Below are positions 38,217 through 47,200 of a DNA stretch of 64,000 nt, in pieces. Every line of letters begins with the position of its first letter. Positions within the stretch are counted from its first letter, which is position 1. The notes beneath the pieces are model-generated. The model saw nothing but the letters and a program-made list of their open reading frames with translations. It was not told the DNA's origin and did no database searches. This stretch comes from Candidatus Undinarchaeota archaeon (GTDB lineage: Archaea; SpSt-1190; JASMDC01). The translations under genes were made by a program, and so were the position numbers. Location: positions 1 through 64,000 of the forward strand of contig CAZFHY010000010.1 in the NCBI GenBank assembly GCA_964519305.1. The letters are read 5' to 3'.

Positions 38217-41200
38217 ATGGTAAGGGGGTTCCTGAGCATCGGGAGGATGGCCGCGGCTCTAGCTGTAGCCGTGGCCTTACTCCTGTCCGGGATCCCGACG
38301 GTCGCTGCTGATGGTGACGAGAATCCCTGCGCAGGCCTCGACATTATGGCGGGCACCATGAACCTCCCCCACGGTGGCGGAACGGACCTCAACCACGTGG
38401 CGTTCTGCATCCCCGCGGGGACCGAGGGCGCGGCAGGCTGCGCCGACCATCTCAAGGACGAGTACGGTCTCGAGCCCGTGGAGGGGACCGATAACCAGTT
38501 CGAGTACACGGGCGAGGAGGAGCTGGACCCGGAGGCGGTCCTCGCTGAGCCCGGTGGCGAGCGAGGGCAACTCGTAATGTCCTCATCGGGCCTCGATGTG
38601 CGCATCAACGGTGCGCCCAGCATCACCGAGGACGGCATCCGCGCCTGGCTGTCGGAAAAGAACCCGGCGCTGCTGGAGGCCGATCCTGACCTCCCATTGA
38701 CGTTCTACGAGACGAGCATCGAGTATAACATCGATCCGGCCATCGCCCTATCCTTCTTCCAGATGGAGTCGAGCTACGGGAAGGCCGGTAGGGCCACCTC
38801 CACGCTCTCCATCGGCAACATCAGGGAGTATGGCGACGGTCCTGCCATCGACGGCTTCAGGGCCTACGACACGTGGTCCGACGGCGTGGAGGACTACTAC
38901 CAGCTCCTCTCCGGCGACGTCTACGTGTCCAGTGGGCTGACCACCGTCGAGCAGATCGTCCCGAAGTACGCGCCGGCGGCGGACAATAATGTGCCCACAC
39001 AGTACATAAACAGTGTACGCGCCACGGCCGAGGCGATCCAGCAGTACGAGGAGGTCATGGGCCCTGATGGCGGCATTTCCACCGGCAGTGGCGGCGGGGC
39101 GCGCGGCTGCTACCCCCACAGGCCCACACCACGACGGTTGCCCGACTGCCCGAAGATGGACAACTTCGACAACGTCGTAGACTACCTCACCGAGATCGAG
39201 GCCATGTTCGACGATATGCTCAAGTTCTACGAACCGCTGGTCAACGAGCTGAAGCACTTCAGGTCCGTGCTATTCGCCGAGCAGGCGAAATGTCACGGTG
39301 CCATCAACGACTTCGCCTCCCGCTACGGTGTTCCGTGCGAGATGGACGCGTTCAGCGCGTCCGAAGAGGGCGAAGAAGAAGAGAGTGAACCTGAGGCGGA
39401 AGAGGACGCTGGTGGCAGTGAAGCGGAGCCCGAGGAGGACACGTACGAGCCGAGCACGGGGATCGAGGGCGACCTGCACCCCGAGGAGGAGGTCACCCTG
39501 TCCGTCTACGGGCCCGAGGTAAGGGACGCCCATCCGCTGGAAGCGCTTGTCCTCAGCGATGGCTTCGGCCCGGCCCTGTGCGCCGCTGCCGTGAAGGACA
39601 ACTGCCTTGCCGACGACGCATGGCAGTGCCGGAAGGGCGAGGGCCACCTCCCCGCGGTCGTCGGGACTTGCAGCATGTGCGTGGCCGAGGGCTGCTGGGC
39701 CGGTACCGGGTGCGGCACGTGCGGCGAGGAGGACGACAGCGATGACAGCGAGGGTGAGAAGAAGCTCACACCAGTGTATACGGACGGGAGCTCAGGCACC
39801 TATCCACGATCTGAGGACGAGGCCCTCACCGGCGGCACGGACCCATTCGGTGTCAAGGAATGCAAGGGCGAAGGGCTGGCCGAGGGGGAGAGGACCTACG
39901 TAGTCATAGAGCGCGGGGTGCATGCGAACGTAGAGGCGCTCGAGCTCCAGCGATGCCAGCAGGCAGCGATCGACGTCAAGGACCTGTGCATGCTCGATGG
40001 TTCAGGCGACTTCCTGGGCGATGGCGGTGTCCACGGCCCCACCGATGTGCTCGTTGGACTTGACGACCTCATCAGGGACATCGAGTCGTTCGTTTTCGAC
40101 CTCGGTAAACTGACCGATGAGGTCCACAAGATGGCCGAGGAGACCAAGAAGGACCTGGACGGCAAGGACGCGATAAACTGGCCCACCGCAGGTTCCCAGA
40201 CATCTGGATACGGGCCTAGGGGCGCGCTATGTGCCGACGCGAACCTGTGCAAACCCCACTTCCACCACGGCCTCGACATCTCGCAGGCGGGCACGGTACC
40301 GGTCATCGCCGCGGCCGACGGCAAGGTCTCGGGCCTGGTCAAGGAGTCGTCAGGCAGCTGCTACGGCAACGCGGTGTTCCTGGACCATGGCAACAACCTC
40401 CAGACGCGGTACGGCCACCTCCGATCCCTCGAGGTGAGCATGAGCCAGGTGGTCGACCAGGGCCAGCGGATCGGGCTCCAGGGCAACACGGGCTGTTCGA
40501 CAGGGCAGCACCTGCACTTCGAGATACGGGTCAACGGCCAGTCCGTTGACCCGCTTGAAGTGCTCGAGGGCAAGAGCAACGTCTTCCTGCTCTTCCACGA
40601 GGCGGAGATCTTCTCGACCATGTCGAAGAACGCCGAGAACATCAAACCGACGCAGGAGGCGCTCAAGGCGTTCGTCACGTTCCTCCGCGAGTACACTAAT
40701 GACGTGTGCGGTGCGGGCGGGACGAGCGAGGGCGACGTGCCATCGTTCCTTGTGGGTGCGTCCGATGAATGGGCGAATGGCGAGAGTTGCGATGTATCCT
40801 TCCCACCGTTGTTCGATGGGGACGACTGCACCTCCACGCAGGACGCCGACACCGAGGAGGACCCGCCCGAGGAAGAGGAGGAGGAAGCAGGCACGAAACC
40901 GGAGGAGAGCGGCGAGCACCTGGACGACTGCCCTTCAGAGAAGCATCGTGGTGGGTGCATCGCTACGACCACGACCACCTCGGTCAGTGATTCGAACAGC
41001 GACGCGTTGGACGAATCGATCGAGATCCTGCTCTCACTCGCCGGCTGGTACCCGGACGAACTGTTCCTCGACGATGAAAAGTGCTTCGGGTACAACACAG
41101 AGGGCGGGAATCCTAGTGTGTCCGGATCCGCGTCACCCGGCGGCAGCCCAGATCCCGGCAGCGAGAGCTTCGGTACCGACGAGGGTGCGGAGGACGACCT

Positions 41201-44200
41201 GCTCCCCGGTCAGGACGCCGAGGAGGGTGACGACGATCCACTAGTCCAGTGCTGCCAGCGTCTCTTCAACACCGAGACCGTGACGGGGACAGGGGGCGCC
41301 ATCGCCTACACGGCGCACAGCTGGCTGGGCGTTGCATACGCGTTGGGCGGCTCCGACCGCGTCGGCGTCGACGGTCCAGGTCTCGTGCTGGGCGTCATGC
41401 GCGAGAACGGCTTCGAGCTCCCCCGGACGGCCGCGGCACAGCTGGGATCTTGCGAGCAGCTGGGCGGTATGCGGATCGCCTGGAACGTGCTCCGACCCGG
41501 CGATCTTGTATTCCTCAAGGACGATGGATCGACGGACGTGTCCCACACCGGAGTATTCGTGGGCGATGACCTCATCGTCAACGCACCGGGTCCCGAGGGC
41601 GTTGTGCGGCTTGACAAGCTGTCCACCTTGCGCCACCGGTGGTCAGGCGGATGTCGGATCGGTTCAAGCGCATCGTCAGATGCAATTGTCGTCAGCTGGT
41701 GCCAGGAGGAGGTAGATGAACTGTGCTGTCGCGGTCCCGGCCTCGAGCTCGAACTGGCCATCTCCGAGGAGGCCTGTGGTATGTCCTGCGACGAGCTGTG
41801 CGACAGGAAGCATACACGCCACACGGTAGCCCACACGCTCTGCCGTCATGCATGCGGTGCACGGGACGAGCAGTGCGACGGCAAGACCGACGAGAGCGCG
41901 TGCGAGGTCGATAGCGTCGAGGGCCTGTGCTGCGAGGAGAAGTGCATGGTTCACGCATTGATGTGCGCGTCTCGTGTCGAGGTCTGTATCGATATAAGAG
42001 ACGGGGAGCAGTGCTCCTTTGGTGGTGATGACGGTATTTGTTGCGGTGGTCGCTGCCTCACCGGCGGCGGTGCGTGCACGCCCTGCGCAGTGGGCCCGAC
42101 ATGGGCCAAGGACCCCGCGAACGGGGAGTGCGAGCAGTTCGAGAGCGTCTGCGACGTCCCGACGGGACGGACCGATTGTGGCCCCTGTTCCGAGGTGGAC
42201 GCATTCGGCAAGGACCCGGCGACCGGGAAGTGCGAGCGGTTCGACTCCCCATGCGACGTCCCCTACGGCTGGTCGGAGTGCGAGGGACACGGATGCGCAT
42301 CTCTTGACGACGGTGCCGTGTGCTCCATCGATGGCACGGCGGGCATCTGCTGCGGTGGCGGCTGCACTGTCGGGGCCACATCTTGCATGGACGATCCAAC
42401 CGTATGTACAGACGTGGGCGAGGGCGAGGCCTGTGCAACCGACTCAGCGGGCGTATGCTGCAACGAACGCTGCGCGGTAGGTGCCGTCGCGTGCGGCGAA
42501 TGCCCCCGGGCGGTCACCCATGCCTACGATCCATCGAGGGGCCAGTGCGTGCGATACGACACGCCGTGCGATGTACCCAAGGGATGGCCGCCTTGCATCG
42601 CGTCCTCCTGCCTCACTGAGTGCCAGAACGCCCACCCGTCCAACCCTGCCCTTGCCCATGCCTGCCGGGAGCAGTGCGAGGGCGCTGACATATCCTGCGA
42701 GGAGCGGTGCCTGGCGGCGAGCGACGACACGGACGAGCGCACCAGCTGCATCGGGCAGTGCTCGAACGACGTCACCAGCAGCATGCCCGAGACGCTCAGG
42801 TACTGCGAGACTGGCTGCCTTAGTGATGACGACGCCCAGACTGGCCTCTGCATGAGCATGTGCCGGGCGACGCATCCGCATGTGAACATCGAGCTCGCTA
42901 TCGTCAGGGGAGAGCAGGAGGCCTCGTCCCTGTTCACGGGCGAGCGACCACGCCTTCGCATCATCGCCGAGAACCGCGGTTCGCGTGAGTTCGCCGGGAG
43001 CATCGAGGCGGTGCTGCGCGAGTTGTCCGCCTGCACGTGCCCGGCCTGTCCGTCAGGGGATGTATGCCACTGCGGCTGCGACACAGGAGAGCGGCCCGTG
43101 GTGCGCTTCGACGACGTGATGCTCGGCGTCGGGAAGAAGACCACCTATCTCTCCGATCCGTTCATTCTACCCGCGACACTGGCAGGTACGACGCTGCAGC
43201 CGGCCGCGACCCTCCGGGATGCCAGTGGTAGGACCGTGGGAGCACCACGCGGTCCTTTCTACGGTGTGGCTGCACCGGGACCCGTCTCGATCGATGACGC
43301 CCAGTTCACCGTCGACGGGAGGGAGCGGGCCACCACCGCCGCCCCCGGAAGCACGGCAACGGCCTCGCTCATCCTCACCACCGCCCGCGCGCCCACCAGC
43401 GTCACGGTATCCGTGGTCACTGCTGTCGGCGTCCCGGTCGAGGGCACCGAACGCATCCACGAGCTTCCCTTCCCCGTCCAGAACAAAGCCCTTGCCACGG
43501 GCCCGCTGACCGTCACCAGCGCTCAAGCTGGATCGCTGTTCCGCATCAGTTACCGAATCGAGTCCGGTGGTGTCGAGCTGGCCGCTGGAGTGCTCGATGA
43601 GCAGGGCAGACCGCCCGGTATGTGCGACGGTCGGGAGCTCACCACTGAGTGCGAGCAACTCCACCTGCAGGCCCATCGTTCGTACCCCCACGCGTTCCTG
43701 GAGGTGCTCCGACCTAAACTCGTGGCGACCGACGCGTCGTTCATGGACGCGGACGGCCGCGAGGCCATACTTATGCCCGCTGGGAAGACAGTCCGGGCCA
43801 TGGTCGAACTGGCGAACCCGTCTGGACGTCCCTTCACAGGCACGGTGACCGTGTCTGTGACGCAGGAGGACGGCTCTACTGCCCTTGGTTCAGATCAGAC
43901 CATCGAGGTCGAGCGTGGGCTCGATGGATCGTTGTCACGGTCGTTCGAGACAGCGAGCTTCCAGACCACTGCAGGCCGTTCGTACCGCATCCGCGTCCTT
44001 GGGAAGGACCGCGACGGTGCGGTCTGGCTCGATGAGATCGTACAAACTGTCCTCTTCCCCATGGCCGGGCTCAACGTTCCGGAGAGCGCTGTCAGCGGCA
44101 TCAGCCGCAACGACGTGTTCACATCCGTTGACCACGAGGACTGCCGTGCCAAGGTAACCTGCGTGCAATGCCTCTCGACCTGCGAGCTGCGTGTCGAGCG

Positions 44201-44264
44201 GACGCGCTGCACCGTCACACCTTTTAACTGTGACTGCCATTGCACCATGGAGGCGATCTCATGA
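38217..44264 (+). CDS. Giant secreted Cys-rich protein 2 with GH73-like glucosaminidase, M23 peptidase and inactive NlpC/P60 domains
   Basis: Signal peptide; YNIDPA.AL.FF..ESSYG..GNIR..YAP; HHGLD, YGHL, HLHFE; NlpC/P60 with DGPG in place of DCSG. Confidence 0.88.
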   Translation: MVRGFLSIGRMAAALAVAVALLLSGIPTVAADGDENPCAGLDIMAGTMNLPHGGGTDLNHVAFCIPAGTEGAAGCADHLKDEYGLEPVEGTDNQFEYTGEEELDPEAVLAEPGGERGQLVMSSSGLDVRINGAPSITEDGIRAWLSEKNPALLEADPDLPLTFYETSIEYNIDPAIALSFFQMESSYGKAGRATSTLSIGNIREYGDGPAIDGFRAYDTWSDGVEDYYQLLSGDVYVSSGLTTVEQIVPKYAPAADNNVPTQYINSVRATAEAIQQYEEVMGPDGGISTGSGGGARGCYPHRPTPRRLPDCPKMDNFDNVVDYLTEIEAMFDDMLKFYEPLVNELKHFRSVLFAEQAKCHGAINDFASRYGVPCEMDAFSASEEGEEEESEPEAEEDAGGSEAEPEEDTYEPSTGIEGDLHPEEEVTLSVYGPEVRDAHPLEALVLSDGFGPALCAAAVKDNCLADDAWQCRKGEGHLPAVVGTCSMCVAEGCWAGTGCGTCGEEDDSDDSEGEKKLTPVYTDGSSGTYPRSEDEALTGGTDPFGVKECKGEGLAEGERTYVVIERGVHANVEALELQRCQQAAIDVKDLCMLDGSGDFLGDGGVHGPTDVLVGLDDLIRDIESFVFDLGKLTDEVHKMAEETKKDLDGKDAINWPTAGSQTSGYGPRGALCADANLCKPHFHHGLDISQAGTVPVIAAADGKVSGLVKESSGSCYGNAVFLDHGNNLQTRYGHLRSLEVSMSQVVDQGQRIGLQGNTGCSTGQHLHFEIRVNGQSVDPLEVLEGKSNVFLLFHEAEIFSTMSKNAENIKPTQEALKAFVTFLREYTNDVCGAGGTSEGDVPSFLVGASDEWANGESCDVSFPPLFDGDDCTSTQDADTEEDPPEEEEEEAGTKPEESGEHLDDCPSEKHRGGCIATTTTTSVSDSNSDALDESIEILLSLAGWYPDELFLDDEKCFGYNTEGGNPSVSGSASPGGSPDPGSESFGTDEGAEDDLLPGQDAEEGDDDPLVQCCQRLFNTETVTGTGGAIAYTAHSWLGVAYALGGSDRVGVDGPGLVLGVMRENGFELPRTAAAQLGSCEQLGGMRIAWNVLRPGDLVFLKDDGSTDVSHTGVFVGDDLIVNAPGPEGVVRLDKLSTLRHRWSGGCRIGSSASSDAIVVSWCQEEVDELCCRGPGLELELAISEEACGMSCDELCDRKHTRHTVAHTLCRHACGARDEQCDGKTDESACEVDSVEGLCCEEKCMVHALMCASRVEVCIDIRDGEQCSFGGDDGICCGGRCLTGGGACTPCAVGPTWAKDPANGECEQFESVCDVPTGRTDCGPCSEVDAFGKDPATGKCERFDSPCDVPYGWSECEGHGCASLDDGAVCSIDGTAGICCGGGCTVGATSCMDDPTVCTDVGEGEACATDSAGVCCNERCAVGAVACGECPRAVTHAYDPSRGQCVRYDTPCDVPKGWPPCIASSCLTECQNAHPSNPALAHACREQCEGADISCEERCLAASDDTDERTSCIGQCSNDVTSSMPETLRYCETGCLSDDDAQTGLCMSMCRATHPHVNIELAIVRGEQEASSLFTGERPRLRIIAENRGSREFAGSIEAVLRELSACTCPACPSGDVCHCGCDTGERPVVRFDDVMLGVGKKTTYLSDPFILPATLAGTTLQPAATLRDASGRTVGAPRGPFYGVAAPGPVSIDDAQFTVDGRERATTAAPGSTATASLILTTARAPTSVTVSVVTAVGVPVEGTERIHELPFPVQNKALATGPLTVTSAQAGSLFRISYRIESGGVELAAGVLDEQGRPPGMCDGRELTTECEQLHLQAHRSYPHAFLEVLRPKLVATDASFMDADGREAILMPAGKTVRAMVELANPSGRPFTGTVTVSVTQEDGSTALGSDQTIEVERGLDGSLSRSFETASFQTTAGRSYRIRVLGKDRDGAVWLDEIVQTVLFPMAGLNVPESAVSGISRNDVFTSVDHEDCRAKVTCVQCLSTCELRVERTRCTVTPFNCDCHCTMEAIS

Positions 44265-47200
44265 GGTCGAGGGTGCTCGCTATCCTTTGTGTACTGGCAC
44301 TAGCCCTTGCTCTCGCCAGGCCCACGGTGAGCGTGTTCGTCAACGGTGGCCAGATCCACTCATCCTCCAATGACGGGAGCGTTGCTGCCGCAAACGCTGA
44401 CGCACCTGTCACGGTAAAGTGCACCGGGAGCGACTCCCAGGAGAGCCACATCGATATGTACATCGATGACTACTCATCGGGCCAGTTCATCTGGGGCGAT
44501 GCGTGGAACAGCGTTGTCGATGTCACCTACGACGTGGAGGGCACATACTCACTGCGCTGTCAGGGCAGGGTCGACTGCGGCGCCTCGAACATGGGCCCCT
44601 CCTGTCGCACCTACATCACTGTCACAGTGCCCGTTGGAGCAGCGACACCTACACCCGGTCCTGGCGGGCCGGGAGGTCCCGGCGGCCCTGGTGGTCCTTC
44701 AGGTCCCTCAGGTCCCCTCCCCGAGGGATGCATCGAGCCGGACCACGAACGCTACTGTGACGCATACGACCGGCTGTTCTCCCCCGACAACATCCGCCAG
44801 TACGACGCATCGATCAGGTCCAACGACGGTCTTATGCCACTGGTCGTGAACGGTGACGTGTACCCGTGCTACGAGGGTTGCAGCGACGGGAAGTGCTCCG
44901 GCGGTGACGGCACGGTGGTGTACGGCTCCGGCGTAGGGAGCCATGACCGGGCCAAGGCTCTCGTGCTGGGCGCTGAGCTGGGGATGCCTGTCGTCGAGCA
45001 CACCGGCGCGGTCCCTGGCGGCAATCTGGTGCTCCTGGGCTCGAGCACGTCCAACTCGGTGCTCGATGGTGTGGAGGACGGGATGCGTGTGCGGTACGAC
45101 CAGACCACAAACAAGGTGTTCGTGGGCAGCGAGGAGCTGGACTTCACCGCGGGCGAGCTGGCCGCGCGGTACGACGCGCCATTCATCGTGGCCTTCGAGG
45201 AGCAGGGCGGACGGTTCATCGTGGCGCTGGCCGGCAACGACCAGGCGGGCACCGCGAACGCTGCCAGCGAGTTCCAGAAGAACCTGTGCGAACCCACGTT
45301 CCGGTCCACCGTGTACGGCCTGCTGAAGGGAAGCGGCCGACCCGAGCCGGTCAAGGTGGACGATGGTGGTCAGACCATCGGCGAACGCTTCTGCCGTGAG
45401 CGGGAGGACGGCGAGGCGGGCGAGGTCCACGGATACTCACCGACGGTCGACTGGACCCACACCGACACGGACCCGACACCGCTGGGCGTGCTCGACACGG
45501 GTCTCATCGCCTGTCCCGAAGGCTGGTTCGACAACACGGTCGACTTCCGCACGGACGTGCTAACCACGCTCGACAATCTCCGCGACCTGTACAAGGTGCT
45601 CGGAGCCCACCTGGAAACGCTAGAGGACGCTCTTGACCAGCAGAAGGACCACTGTGCTTCGGCCCTGGGCACTCTGGGTACATTCCAGAACCCCGGACTG
45701 GAGGACGTGGACCTGAGCGACGCCTGCGACGTCGCACCTTGGGACGAGGAGACCGTGGCTACGTCCATGGTCCCCGAGGAGTGCCACCTCCCCAGCCCCG
45801 CCCGGCCCCGGACCTACTACTCCACCTCCTACCAGCGCGTCGTCGACGTCAAGGACGTGTGCACGCTCGACGGCTCGGGCACGCTCCTGGGCGACGAGAC
45901 CACTCACGGCCCCACACGCGTACTGGACAAGGTCACGGTCATGCGCAGCTTCGTGGACCACTTCCTCACCAGTTACCCCGATCTCCGTTCCACGATCAGC
46001 TTGCTGATCGACAACGAGCTCACCGAGATATCTCTTAGCGGCGAGGAGCCCGCTAACGACGCCGTCCCGCTGGTCGAGCGCCTGTCAGCCATCCTCATAG
46101 AGATGTCCCGCGATCCCGACACTGACATGGGTGCTGAGGAGTTCAAGGCCATGCTCGCTGACCTCATCCGGATGCTCCGGACATCGTCCACTGTCGAGGA
46201 CGTCTCGACACTAGGACACGTGTACCCCGGCCTCATGCTCTCGGACAGATGCGGTCCGGGCGAGGGTGACATCACCGACGACAACACCGATGAGTGGTCG
46301 GTACGTCAGCAGCAGGCAGTCCAGGCATTGGCCGCCATCGAAGCGGAGGACGTATTCATCTCGGCCGAAGAGTGCTTCGAGTACGCGTCGCGCTCGGAGG
46401 CCGGCTGCTCACGTATCTGTCGGGAGGAGTGCGGAGCGGATGCGGGCCATTGCCAGCGTCACCTGGGTATGTGCGTATGCCACAATCCAGACGGCACCCG
46501 TACAGCGACCACCCACTCCTGCACCGGGCCCATCATCGAGGAGGATGCCAAGCACATCATCGCCTGCTGTCTCAACGACCTCGGCGGTGTCGCAGCGGTC
46601 CCCCCTGCGCTAGGCGAGGAGGGCTCCTGCTCGGGACCGGACGTGCCAGGATTGACCTTCGACATCTGCTCCGACGAGTCGGGATACCTGTGCTGCATAC
46701 CTGGCGGGCTCGAGGCGGAAGAACGGGCCGACGACACCTGCACCATGGAATGCGGGCCCATGTGCGCCCTTATCCATCCCGACGACGAGGACGCTCGCAT
46801 CGCGTGCGTGGGCACGTGCACCTCGGATGCGGGATGTACGGACCGGGACGGCGATACCTGCGTGGTGGGCGCCAGCGAGGGTGCGTGCTGCGGAGGTACA
46901 TGCGTGGCCGGAGCTTCGGGCTGCGATGCCGGCTCAGGGTCAGGCTGCGCCGGGCTGAGTGACGGCGAGGCCTGTACTAGCGCAGTGGGCGTGTGCTGTG
47001 GAGGCTCGTGCGCCCTGGACGCCACGGACTGCGGTAGTCTGAGCACCTGCAACGATATGTGCCGGGACCTCGTGGCCATCGACCAGGTGTCCGCGTGCAC
47101 CACGGTGTGCGTGGAGATGGACGTGTCCTGCGAGGAGGGGTGCGGCGCGTTCCCCGATCCGGGTCCGTGCCTGCGCAAGTGCGGTAACGGCGCCGACGAG

